Of a stretch of 64,000 nucleotides of DNA, positions 1 through 10,984 are shown one piece after another. Origin of the DNA: an uncultured Flavobacterium sp. (lineage in GTDB: Bacteria; Bacteroidota; Bacteroidia; Flavobacteriales; Flavobacteriaceae); NCBI GenBank assembly GCA_964643105.1, contig CAZXPF010000007.1, positions 6,674-70,673 on the forward strand, given 5' to 3'. The translations under genes and the position numbers were made by a program. Positions within the stretch are counted from its first letter, which is position 1, and the number at the start of each line of letters is the position of its first letter. Below the pieces are notes generated by a model. The model searched no databases. It had not been told where the DNA came from and was given only the letters and a program-made list of their open reading frames with translations.

Positions 1-31
1 AAAGTAGCTTAGAATAAAAACAATTTTGTTA

Positions 32-69
32 AAAGCATCAAGTTAAAAAACAATTCTTGATGCTTTTTT
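32..69. terminator. Stem-loop with flanking A/T runs, likely an intrinsic (possibly bidirectional) terminator next to the gldH-like 3' end
   Basis: Inverted repeat aaagcatcaag (32-42) / cttgatgcttt (56-66) with a 13-nt loop, followed by a T-run on the + strand. Confidence 0.5.
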
Positions 70-526
70 ATTGGGATTTATCAACTGTTAATCCAACGCC
101 AATGACATTTGGTAAAAATCCATATTTTGATATATTTGCTATTGTGATAGAATACTCACCAACAACTAATTCTTGATTCCTTTTATAGGTATAATATAAA
201 TCGCAAATATCACCCGTACAATCTGCTAATTGTTTTCCTGATTCATCTTTTATAGGTAAATTGATTATTTCTGTGGATTCAGAACCATCTGGTTTTTTAA
301 CTTTTATCGTTAAAGGAATCGTAGATAAATCATAATCATGTATGTGTGAAAACTCAATAATAATATCATATTTACCTTCTGCTTCTATCTTAAAATTATG
401 TTCTTTTACATCAGACTCTTTCCATCTGTTTGATGTAAAGTTCTTATCAAATTGGTGATACACTCGATTGGGATTGCAGGAAACTAAAAAAATAAAGCTT
501 AAAAGAAAAAAGATATTTGATTTCAT
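68..526 (-). CDS. gldH: Small lipoprotein, GldH-like (gliding-motility lipoprotein family)
   Basis: 152 aa. Signal peptide ends in the lipobox LVSC. Size and the spacing of conserved W / G.Y / VGVGL motifs resemble GldH as I remember it. Family assignment is by eye only. Confidence 0.5.
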   Translation of the reverse strand: MKSNIFFLLSFIFLVSCNPNRVYHQFDKNFTSNRWKESDVKEHNFKIEAEGKYDIIIEFSHIHDYDLSTIPLTIKVKKPDGSESTEIINLPIKDESGKQLADCTGDICDLYYTYKRNQELVVGEYSITIANISKYGFLPNVIGVGLTVDKSQ

Positions 527-570
527 GCTGCTGCTATTAAATTTTATAAAGAGCTAAATTTATTAATTAA

Positions 571-603
571 AAAAAGTCTTGACCAAAAATCAAGACTTTT
601 TCT
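571..603 (-). terminator. Intrinsic terminator after the 615-1190 gene
   Basis: aagtcttga (574-582) pairs with tcaagactt (590-598), 7-nt loop, U-run on the minus-sense transcript. Confidence 0.6.
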
Positions 604-614
604 TTATTTTTTTT

Positions 615-1190
615 TTAGAATCTAAATCCTAAGGTTACATGAGCTTTAAAATCAATATCGGAATAATTGTCTCTAAATTCATCATCATTTGAAAAATTTC
701 TACCTAATTGTGAGCCAACTTGTAAACTAATTTTATCATTAAAAAGCCATTTATGACCTAACCCAAAACCTGCTTCAAAACCTGACAAATCAAACTCTCT
801 AGAACTTTCTATATATACATTTGTAATTGGTTCATAAAAATAATAATCATCTACAGTTTGCCTTCCCGCTCTGTATTTTATAAAAGGATAAAACACAAAC
901 CCATAGTAATCTTTATTTTTTGAAAAATAGATGTTATAGGAAGCTTGAATTCCAACTAAATTGTTCTTATCAAAATACCCAGCATCAATGTAAGAATAGG
1001 TATCAAAAAGTGTAACATCTAATTGAAGAGCCTGATTGCCTTTTAAAAAATGCTCATAACCAACGTTGAAAGATTTTCCAACCACTAAGTCAAATAAGTT
1101 AGATTTAATTTCTCCATTATAGTTTTTCTCTTCCTGTTTTTGAGCAATTGAAATAAATGGAATAATTAATAAAAAATAGAATTTTTTCAT
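615..1190 (-). CDS. Small outer-membrane beta-barrel protein, function unknown
   Basis: 191 aa with a signal peptide, alternating aromatic/hydrophilic beta-strand pattern and a C-terminal ...LGFRF typical of OM barrels. Confidence 0.55.
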   Translation of the reverse strand: MKKFYFLLIIPFISIAQKQEEKNYNGEIKSNLFDLVVGKSFNVGYEHFLKGNQALQLDVTLFDTYSYIDAGYFDKNNLVGIQASYNIYFSKNKDYYGFVFYPFIKYRAGRQTVDDYYFYEPITNVYIESSREFDLSGFEAGFGLGHKWLFNDKISLQVGSQLGRNFSNDDEFRDNYSDIDFKAHVTLGFRF

Positions 1191-1235
1191 TGTCCTTTGT
1201 TTTTGTTTACCAAATGTAAAGAAGTAAATTCAAAA

Positions 1236-1265
1236 AAAAATCCTAAATTTTCATTTAGGATTTTT
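1236..1265 (-). terminator. Intrinsic terminator after secDF
   Basis: atcctaaat (1240-1248) pairs with atttaggat (1253-1261), 4-nt loop, long U-run on the minus-sense transcript. Confidence 0.65.
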
Positions 1266-1284
1266 AAATATATTCTTAAAACAA

Positions 1285-4221
1285 CTATTCTTCTTTTTTG
1301 AATTGAGCCATTTTTAGTTTTTCTTTCTCACTCATTGAATCTCTCATAATAGGAGTTGCAACAAAAAGAGATGAATATGTACCCACTAAGATACCCACTA
1401 AAATAGCGAATACGAATCCTCTAATGGTTTCACCACCTAAAATGAATATTGCTACTAATACCACTAATGTTGTAGCAGAAGTATTGATTGTTCTACTCAA
1501 AGTAGTGTTGATTGCTCTGTTTACCAAGCCATCAAAATCAGATGTTGAATTGTAATCTAAATACTCCCTAATACGGTCAAATACAATTACCGTATCATTT
1601 AACGAATATCCAATTACCGTTAAAATAGCTGCAATAAAAGCTTGGTCAATTTCCATATTGAATGGTAAAATTGTATAGAAGAAAGAGAAAATTCCCAATA
1701 CGATTATAACATCGTGTGCTACTGCAACAACAGCTCCTAATCCAAATTGCCATTTTCTAAAAGAAACCATCAAATAAAGGAACACAATTAATAAAGACCC
1801 AGAAACAGCCCAGATAGAATTTGTTTTAATATCTTTAGAAATGGTTCCAGACACTTTTGAAGATTGCATAATACCTATGTTTTTACCTTCATATGAAGTT
1901 ACAAACTTTTCATACGTTAAATCAGCAGGTAAATATTTCTTTAGTGTTTCAAATAATTTTTTATTTACATCTTTATCAACTCCTTCACCTTCTTCATCAA
2001 CTTTGTATTTAGTTGTGATTTTTAACTGGTTGTCGTTTCCAAATACTTTAGCTTCTGCACTTCCGAAAGTAGCTACTAAGTCTTTAGCTACTTCAGGAGC
2101 ACTAACCGCTTTATCAAAACGTACTTGATAAGTTCTACCTCCAACAAAATCAGTTCCTAAGTTCAATCCTTTAGTAAAGATAGAAAACAAACTAAATCCA
2201 ACTAGAATTGCCGAAATTACGTAAGCAATTTTTCTTTTTCCTAAGAAATCAAAGTTTAAGTTTTTAAACCAATTCTTAGTAACGTTTGTAGAAAAAGCCA
2301 ATTTTTCACCTCTAGAAACACTCCAATCTAAGAATATTCTTGTAACAAATATTGCCGTAAATAAAGAAGTTAAAATACCTATTAATAAAGTAGTAGCAAA
2401 ACCTTTAATTGGTCCTGTTCCTAAGAAAAATAAAATCAAAGCTGTGATAAAAGTTGTTACGTTCGCATCCACGATAGATGACATTGCTCCTTTCCAAGTA
2501 TATGAATAATTTACAGCATCTTCTGTAGTTTTACCTGAATCCAATTCTTCTTTAGCTCTCTCAAAGATAATTACGTTAGCATCTACTGCCATACCAATGG
2601 TCAAAACAATACCCGCAATACCTGGTAATGTTAAAACAGCTCCAAAACTTGCTAAAACACCAAAGATGAATAAGATATTTACCAACAAAGCTAAGTTAGC
2701 ATAAAAACCAGTTTTTCCATAATAAACTATCATCCATAAAAGCACTAAAGAAAATCCTATGATAAAAGATATCATACCACTTTGAATAGCTTCTTTTCCT
2801 AAAGATGGTCCAACTACATCAGATTGTAAAATTTCAGCTCTAGCAGGTAATTTACCAGCTCTTAAAACGTTAGCTAAATCCTTAGTTTCTTCAATGGTAA
2901 ATGAACCAGAGATTTCAGAACTTCCACCAGAGATGGCTCCTTTAGAAACACCTGGAGCTGAATAAACTGTATTATCTAAAGTGATTGCAATGGCATTTCC
3001 TTTCTGAGAAACTTCACCTGTCATTTTTTCCCAAGCTTTTGCTCCTGAACCGTTCATTTGCATACTAACTGCAGGTTTTCCTAAAGCATCATAAGTGTCT
3101 GTTGCATTGGTAATAACTCCACCGCTAATTGGTGCTACATTTTCTCTATTCCCTTTTAAAGCATATAATTCGGTAATATCTGGTGTTTTATCATTTACTT
3201 TTCCCCATGCAAACTTAACATCTGTTAATGCACTAGGTAATAAAGCTTTAATATCGCTTCTTTTAAAATAAGCATTAATTTTTGCTGTATCTGAAAGTTT
3301 TGCAAAGCCAATTACAGAAGTTCCTGGCTGTTGGTTAACTTGAATTTTCTCGAATAATGGATTGAACTGTGTTGCTGTTGTATCTGCTTTATCAACCAAC
3401 AACGAATCGATTCCTTTAGAAACTGTTTCTTTAGTATCTTTTTGTTTAATTTCTGTTTTCTTTAAAGCTTCATTTACAGAAATTAAATATTGAGCCACCT
3501 CGTCAATTTTGTAGGTTTCCCAAAATTCTAACTGAGCTGTTCCTTGCAATAATTTTTTGATACGATCTACATCTTTTGCACCAGGTAATTCCACTAAAAT
3601 TCTACCTGTTTCTCCTAACATTTGAATGTTTGGTTGGGTTACACCAAACTGGTCGATACGTTTTCTTAATACTTCAAAAGCACTTTCAACTGATTTTGCA
3701 ACTTCTTGTTTGATTAATGGCTTAACTTGATCGTTAGTCATATCAAATTTAATTACATCATCTAATGCTCTTGTTCCAAAAATTTCTGGACTAGATAATT
3801 TTGTTTTTGAAGCAGCCGCTTCTTTGTCAAATGTTTCAAAGAAAGCATCTAAAAATGTTTGATTTCCTTTTTGATTTTGAGCTGTTTCGGCCAAAGCTTT
3901 ATTAAAAACTGGATTTTTAGTATTGTTCGCTAAACCTTTCAAGATATCTTTCACAGATATTTGAAGAATAACATTTATACCTCCCTCTAAATCTAATCCT
4001 TTGTTGATTTGCTTTGCAACTACTTCATTGTAAGTGTTTCCTAAGTACACTTTTTCTTTACCTATTGAATCTAGGTATTTTTGCTCTTTAGCGAAATCTC
4101 CTTTTGCAAAAGCCTTTGCTTTTTCTGCATAACTATTGGCTACGTATGTAAACGTTAATTGATAGATACACGCAACAGCAAAAATTATTGCGAAAAATTT
4201 AATAAGTCCTTTATTCTGCAT
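1285..4221 (-). CDS. secDF: Protein translocase subunit SecDF (fused SecD-SecF)
   Basis: 978 aa. N-terminal TM, large periplasmic domain (GLDLEGG motif), then two 6-TM SecD/SecF bundles. The fused form is typical of Bacteroidota. Confidence 0.93.
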   Translation of the reverse strand: MQNKGLIKFFAIIFAVACIYQLTFTYVANSYAEKAKAFAKGDFAKEQKYLDSIGKEKVYLGNTYNEVVAKQINKGLDLEGGINVILQISVKDILKGLANNTKNPVFNKALAETAQNQKGNQTFLDAFFETFDKEAAASKTKLSSPEIFGTRALDDVIKFDMTNDQVKPLIKQEVAKSVESAFEVLRKRIDQFGVTQPNIQMLGETGRILVELPGAKDVDRIKKLLQGTAQLEFWETYKIDEVAQYLISVNEALKKTEIKQKDTKETVSKGIDSLLVDKADTTATQFNPLFEKIQVNQQPGTSVIGFAKLSDTAKINAYFKRSDIKALLPSALTDVKFAWGKVNDKTPDITELYALKGNRENVAPISGGVITNATDTYDALGKPAVSMQMNGSGAKAWEKMTGEVSQKGNAIAITLDNTVYSAPGVSKGAISGGSSEISGSFTIEETKDLANVLRAGKLPARAEILQSDVVGPSLGKEAIQSGMISFIIGFSLVLLWMIVYYGKTGFYANLALLVNILFIFGVLASFGAVLTLPGIAGIVLTIGMAVDANVIIFERAKEELDSGKTTEDAVNYSYTWKGAMSSIVDANVTTFITALILFFLGTGPIKGFATTLLIGILTSLFTAIFVTRIFLDWSVSRGEKLAFSTNVTKNWFKNLNFDFLGKRKIAYVISAILVGFSLFSIFTKGLNLGTDFVGGRTYQVRFDKAVSAPEVAKDLVATFGSAEAKVFGNDNQLKITTKYKVDEEGEGVDKDVNKKLFETLKKYLPADLTYEKFVTSYEGKNIGIMQSSKVSGTISKDIKTNSIWAVSGSLLIVFLYLMVSFRKWQFGLGAVVAVAHDVIIVLGIFSFFYTILPFNMEIDQAFIAAILTVIGYSLNDTVIVFDRIREYLDYNSTSDFDGLVNRAINTTLSRTINTSATTLVVLVAIFILGGETIRGFVFAILVGILVGTYSSLFVATPIMRDSMSEKEKLKMAQFKKEE

Positions 4222-4258
4222 TATTCAAAAAATTAATTATTGTATTTTAAAAAACGGA

Positions 4259-4289
4259 CAAATATATAATATACAATAGGATTAAACAA
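4259..4289 (-). promoter_or_regulatory. Candidate Bacteroidota-type promoter of secDF (-7 TATATTTG, -33 TTG)
   Basis: The minus strand reads TATATTTG at 4266-4259 (TAnnTTTG consensus) and TTG at 4289-4287 with a 20-nt spacer, about 38 nt upstream of the ATG at 4221. Confidence 0.3.
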
Positions 4290-4361
4290 TTTTATTTTGT
4301 ACTAATGTTAAAATATTAGTATTCTAAAATAAGAATTTAGAAAAACAGGTAAAAACAAAAA

Positions 4362-4384
4362 AGGCTGTTAAAAAATAACAGCCT
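4362..4384 (-). terminator. Intrinsic terminator after mdh
   Basis: aggctgtta (4362-4370) pairs with taacagcct (4376-4384), 5-nt loop, U-rich tail on the minus-sense transcript. Confidence 0.65.
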
Positions 4385-4406
4385 GATTTATATCTATTTA
4401 TAAAAA

Positions 4407-5339
4407 CTACAATACTGCTTTCAAATCAGCATTCATATTTCTAACTGCATCTGCACTTTTTGCAAACAACGTTTTTTCAGCGTCATTTAATTGTACATCA
4501 ACGATTTCTTCGATACCATTTCTTCCAATAATACATGGTACACCGATACAAATATCACTTTGACCATATTCTCCCTCTAACATCACTGAACAAGGAATCA
4601 TACGTTTTTGATCATTTAGTATTGAATCTACTAAGAAAGCTACAGAAGCGCCCGGAGCATACCAAGCTGAAGTTCCTAACAAACCTGTTAATGTTGCACC
4701 ACCAACCATTGTTGAAGCCGCTACTTTATCCATTTCTTCTTGTGATAAGAAATTAGCCACTGGCGAACCATTGTAAGAAGCTAATCTTGTCAATGGAATC
4801 ATAGTTGTATCACCGTGACCACCAATTACCATTCCTTGCACATCATTTGATGGTTTTTGCAACGCTTGTGATAAATAATATTTGAAACGAGAACTATCTA
4901 AAGCTCCTCCCATTCCAATTACTCTATTTTTTGGTAAACCAGTTGCTTTTAAGGTTAAATAAGTCATTGTATCCATAGGGTTAGATACTACAACAATAAT
5001 TGCATCTGGAGAATGTTGTAAGATATTTTCTGCTACTGATTTTACAATTCCAGCATTGATTCCAATTAATTCTTCACGAGTCATTCCTGGTTTTCTTGGA
5101 ATTCCTGAAGTAATTACTACTACATCAGATTTAGCTGTTTTTGAATAATCATTTGTACTTCCAGAAACTACTGTATTGAAACCTGTTGTGGTTGCACATT
5201 GCATGATATCCATTGCTTTTCCTTCTGCAAAACCTTCTTTGATGTCTAATAAAACTACTTCGCTTGCAATTCCTCTGTAAGAAATAACATCTGCACATGT
5301 AGCACCTACATTACCAGCACCTACTATTGTAACTTTCAT
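4407..5339 (-). CDS. mdh: Malate dehydrogenase (LDH-like MDH)
   Basis: 310 aa. Rossmann motif KVTIVGAGNVGA, GGHGDTMIP motif, full-length LDH/MDH-family layout. Confidence 0.9.
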   Translation of the reverse strand: MKVTIVGAGNVGATCADVISYRGIASEVVLLDIKEGFAEGKAMDIMQCATTTGFNTVVSGSTNDYSKTAKSDVVVITSGIPRKPGMTREELIGINAGIVKSVAENILQHSPDAIIVVVSNPMDTMTYLTLKATGLPKNRVIGMGGALDSSRFKYYLSQALQKPSNDVQGMVIGGHGDTTMIPLTRLASYNGSPVANFLSQEEMDKVAASTMVGGATLTGLLGTSAWYAPGASVAFLVDSILNDQKRMIPCSVMLEGEYGQSDICIGVPCIIGRNGIEEIVDVQLNDAEKTLFAKSADAVRNMNADLKAVL

Positions 5340-5366
5340 ATTTGTATTATTTATATAATTATTAAA

Positions 5367-6371
5367 TTAAAATTCGTATTGTAATGAAACATTTGTGTTT
5401 ACAAATTTACCAAAAGCAAGCGTACCTTGTACAAAAAATTTGCTAAATTGATATCTACCTGAAAATTCTCCTATTAAATTTCTTTTGGTTTTACTCAAAA
5501 CTTTCATTCTTTCATTTAAAATATCTTGCAATGGAACTATTTCTTCGATGCTACCCTTTTCGCCATCAAATTTATACTCAAAATCACTTATATTGAAGAT
5601 AACTCCCCAAAGTACTTCTAAATTTTTATGGGTTTTAGAAATATTAATTTGTGTCTGATAGGTATTAATGCTACTTCCCAATGAATTAATTCCTAATGAC
5701 CCAAAATCGGACTGAATATCCGCAAAATCGAAACTCAAATCTTCTTTTGAATAGGCTAATAATGCAGAAACATGAATGGTTTTATTGAAATTTTCAGAAA
5801 AATATTGATCTAAATTATGCTTTAAACCTGCTCCATAGACTTGGTAATCTCCTTTTTTTAACTTTGTCTTTGGTGAAAACTTTACCAATAGTTCTGTTCC
5901 ATACCAAAGTCCGACTCCAGCTTGCAGATAAGGATAAAAAACCGTTTCTTCATTAATTCCTTCAGGGGATTTTAATCGAACTTGTGAACCGCCTAAATCA
6001 CCAACTAAATTATATTGGTCATTATTCCCCAAAGCTGTTGGTACTTGAACGCTATTTTGTCCTTCAATGGAAAAAAACTCAAAATTTGAATTACTAGCTA
6101 TAAATGTCCTATCTGATTTTGGAACAAAAAACACATTGGCATTGACTCCGAAAGTAACTTCTCCTAATTGCTTCTTTTTTGCAGAAGTCATCCATCCTGA
6201 TGAAGCTTGATAAACTGCTGCATCGGTAGCTGGTGTTATGTATTTATCTGAATACAAAAGGGCATCATTAAGTAGATACCCTATTTGTTGAAACACCTCT
6301 GTATTTTGAGCTTTAATTTGATTCGAAATGAATACTAAAAAAAATAATACAATTTTGCTGCTTTTATTCAT
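5367..6371 (-). CDS. Secreted / outer-membrane beta-barrel-like protein, function unknown
   Basis: I start it at the internal ATG (6371), which gives MNKSSKIVLFFLVFISNQIKAQ as a signal peptide. The longer ORF-track start would overlap gyrB. C-terminal ...LQYEF is barrel-like. Confidence 0.55.
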   Translation of the reverse strand: MNKSSKIVLFFLVFISNQIKAQNTEVFQQIGYLLNDALLYSDKYITPATDAAVYQASSGWMTSAKKKQLGEVTFGVNANVFFVPKSDRTFIASNSNFEFFSIEGQNSVQVPTALGNNDQYNLVGDLGGSQVRLKSPEGINEETVFYPYLQAGVGLWYGTELLVKFSPKTKLKKGDYQVYGAGLKHNLDQYFSENFNKTIHVSALLAYSKEDLSFDFADIQSDFGSLGINSLGSSINTYQTQINISKTHKNLEVLWGVIFNISDFEYKFDGEKGSIEEIVPLQDILNERMKVLSKTKRNLIGEFSGRYQFSKFFVQGTLAFGKFVNTNVSLQYEF

Positions 6372-6372
6372 C

Positions 6373-8316
<1,944 letters not shown>

Positions 8317-8349
8317 TTATCGCTTATAATCTCATTTATATTAAACAGA

Positions 8350-8357
8350 CAAATATA
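8350..8357 (-). promoter_or_regulatory. Candidate -7 box (TATATTTG) upstream of gyrB
   Basis: The minus strand reads TATATTTG about 37 nt upstream of the gyrB ATG (8313). I saw no clear -33 TTG. Confidence 0.22.
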
Positions 8358-8435
8358 GTCATTCGATAAGAGAAAATGGCTAAAAAGCACCTTTAAATCA
8401 TTTTAAGTTATTAACATTTGTTGAAAATAGCAAAT

Positions 8436-8462
8436 AAAAAAACGTCACTATTACTAGCAACG
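8436..8462 (-). terminator. Strand-specific intrinsic terminator after asnB
   Basis: Minus-sense RNA folds as CGUUGCUA-GUAA-UAGUGACG (8 pairs, 2 of them G-U) followed by U7. The same positions are A-C mismatches in the + sense. Confidence 0.5.
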
Positions 8463-8491
8463 TCTTTCGTGTTTAACAATATAATAATCTA

Positions 8492-10204
8492 CTAAATCAA
8501 TTCTTCTATAGTTTTAGACTTTACATAAGCATCATCATGAACATTAGCCACTGCTCTTCCTGATGGATCATTCATGTTTTTGAAAGCCTCATCCCATTCT
8601 AATGCTATTTTGGTACTACAAGCCACACTAGCTTCTTGTGGTACGCTCAATGCTGCTGCATCACTTGGAAAATGTTCTGTAAAGATCGAGCGATAATAGT
8701 ATTCTTCTTTTGAGGTTGGTGTTTGAATCGGAAATTTGTATTTGGCATTAGCTAATTGTTCATCCGAAACTTCTTTGGCTACAATTTCTTTTAGGGTATC
8801 AATCCAGCTATATCCTACGCCATCACTAAATTGTTCTTTTTGTCGCCAAGCTACACTTTCTGGCAGCATATCTTCAAAAGCTTTTCGAAGAACCCATTTT
8901 TCCATGCGTTCGCCATTTATCATTTTATCTTGTGGATTGATTCGCATGGCTATATCCATAAATTCTTTATCTAAAAACGGTACACGCCCTTCAATTCCCC
9001 AAGCAGCTAAACTTTTGTTGGCTCTTAAGCAATCATACATGTGCAATTTGCTTAATTTACGAACGGTTTCTTCATGAAATTCTCGTGCATTTGGTGCTTT
9101 GTGAAAATATAGATATCCACCAAATAACTCATCTGAACCTTCACCCGAAAGCACCATTTTGATTCCCATAGATTTAATCACTCTTGCCATTAAATACATT
9201 GGCGTTGAAGCTCTAATGGTAGTTACATCATAGGTTTCAATATTATAAATAACATCTCTAATGGCATCCAAGCCTTCTTGAATAGTGAATTTAATTTCGT
9301 GATGGATGGTTCCTAGATGGTTTGCTACTTTTTGAGCTGCCGCTAAATCTGGTGAACCTTCTAATCCTACTGCAAATGAATGCAATTGTGGATACCATGC
9401 TTCTGATTTACTGTCTGACTCAATTCGCTTTTGAGCGTATTTTTTAGCTATAGCAGAAGTAATTGATGAATCTAATCCACCTGAGAGTAAAACTCCGTAA
9501 GGCACGTCACTCATTAATTGTCTTTTTACAGCAGCTTCTAAAGCTGTTTTTATGGCAATAATGCTTGTTTCATTTTCTTTAACAGCATCAAATTCTGTCC
9601 ATTCTCTTTTGTACCATTGCACAAATTCTCCATCTTTACTAGACATGTAATGTCCTGGTGGGAAAAGTTCAATTTTAGTACAATAGCCTTCCAAAGCTTT
9701 TAATTCTGAAGCTACATAAAATGTTCCGTGTTGATCCCATCCTATGTACAATGGGATAATTCCCATATGATCGCGTGCTATGAAATATTCGTCTTTAGTT
9801 ACATCATAGATTACAAATCCAAAAATTCCGTTCATTTCGTCTAAAAAATGTACTCCTTTTTCTTGGTATAAAGCTAAAATGACTTCACAATCGCTTTCTG
9901 TTTGAAATTCGAACTTCGACAGGCTCTGTAAGCTACCATCAAATTGTTTTCTCAGCTCTCTATGGTTATATATTTCTCCATTTGCCGCTAACACTAAACT
10001 TTTATCTTTGGTAAATAAGGGTTGTTTTCCTGAAGCTGGATCAACAATTGCCAAACGTTCATGAGCCAATATGGCTTTTTCATTGCTATAAATTCCGCTC
10101 CAATCGGGTCCACGATGACGAATAATTTTAGCCATTTCTAAAACTTGTGGTCTTAACGTTTCAGCTTTTTGCTTTAGATCGAAGGCACATACTATCCCGC
10201 ACAT
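8492..10204 (-). CDS. asnB: Asparagine synthase B (glutamine-hydrolysing)
   Basis: 570 aa. N-terminal MCGI (Ntn Cys2) and the SGGLDSS PP-loop. Confidence 0.92.
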   Translation of the reverse strand: MCGIVCAFDLKQKAETLRPQVLEMAKIIRHRGPDWSGIYSNEKAILAHERLAIVDPASGKQPLFTKDKSLVLAANGEIYNHRELRKQFDGSLQSLSKFEFQTESDCEVILALYQEKGVHFLDEMNGIFGFVIYDVTKDEYFIARDHMGIIPLYIGWDQHGTFYVASELKALEGYCTKIELFPPGHYMSSKDGEFVQWYKREWTEFDAVKENETSIIAIKTALEAAVKRQLMSDVPYGVLLSGGLDSSITSAIAKKYAQKRIESDSKSEAWYPQLHSFAVGLEGSPDLAAAQKVANHLGTIHHEIKFTIQEGLDAIRDVIYNIETYDVTTIRASTPMYLMARVIKSMGIKMVLSGEGSDELFGGYLYFHKAPNAREFHEETVRKLSKLHMYDCLRANKSLAAWGIEGRVPFLDKEFMDIAMRINPQDKMINGERMEKWVLRKAFEDMLPESVAWRQKEQFSDGVGYSWIDTLKEIVAKEVSDEQLANAKYKFPIQTPTSKEEYYYRSIFTEHFPSDAAALSVPQEASVACSTKIALEWDEAFKNMNDPSGRAVANVHDDAYVKSKTIEELI

Positions 10205-10431
10205 AATTTTGTATTTAATATGTTTAACTCTTTAATTGTTGAACAAAATTGCACATATAACATCTTAAATGAAATCAAAAAACTAATTTTAGTTATATAT
10301 TTAAACTTAAAATTAATTTTTGATATAAATAATAAACTATATATGCTCTAAAAATAATATTTTTTTTAAAACTGTTACAAAGTGGTAAGATGCTGAAATG
10401 AATTCAGCATGACAAGATTGTGCGTGAATAG

Positions 10432-10881
10432 TTATTCTACTGATTGAATACTATATTTTGTGGTATTTATTTGAAATTCTGAACCAACTTTGCTTCCCAT
10501 TAATTTTGTACCTAATGGTGATTGTGGTGAAAGGGCGAAAATATTTTGATTTTCAATGGTAATTTTTGGTAATGCTGTGCTTACAAAAAAATAGGTTTCA
10601 TTTGCTTTTACTAAACTTCCTAAAGCAATTATATTATGTTTTTGGGAATCGTCAATTTTATCTAAAATATTTTTTTGCTCCAAAACTTCTTTTAATTTTT
10701 GTGTAAGTTTTTCTTGTTCTATGTGCATCATGGCTAATGCGATTTCGTGTTTGTCACCGGCTGAACCTTTGGCGTCGTTTTGTGCATCAATTGTCAAATC
10801 AGAAATCATTTTTTGAAATGTTTCAATTCTTTCTTGAACTATAGATTTATAATGAGAAAGGATTTGCGGTTTTGTAGGCAT
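10432..10881 (-). CDS. GreA/GreB C-terminal-domain-like small protein
   Basis: 149 aa from the ATG at 10881. Coiled-coil N-half (SAGDKHE...), and a C-terminal SPLGTKLMGSKVGSEF resembling the GreA C-terminal SPxGxALxGxxxGD motif. Confidence 0.45.
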   Translation of the reverse strand: MPTKPQILSHYKSIVQERIETFQKMISDLTIDAQNDAKGSAGDKHEIALAMMHIEQEKLTQKLKEVLEQKNILDKIDDSQKHNIIALGSLVKANETYFFVSTALPKITIENQNIFALSPQSPLGTKLMGSKVGSEFQINTTKYSIQSVE

Positions 10882-10929
10882 TTTTAAATTTGTATTTCTT
10901 AGATGAAAATTCAAAATCTTTTAATAAAA

Positions 10930-10965
10930 AAAACACAAAGAAAATTAAACTCTTCTTTGTGTTTT
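10930..10965 (-). terminator. Intrinsic terminator after the 585-aa barrel gene
   Basis: 13-bp stem aaaacacaaagaa (10930-10942) / ttctttgtgtttt (10953-10965), 10-nt loop, U-run on the minus-sense transcript. Confidence 0.6.
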
Positions 10966-10984
10966 AATGACTTTTTTGTGGAGA

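Noticed and set aside
10326-10346. taaataat-aaactatatat upstream of asnB, which resembles the IS junction taaataat-ggtaactatata
   Set aside because: The similarity stops after about 10 nt of the repeat, with no match to the TTTACAC core. The sequence is low-complexity AT-rich DNA, so this is most likely chance, or at best a look-alike target site. It is not a solo IS end.
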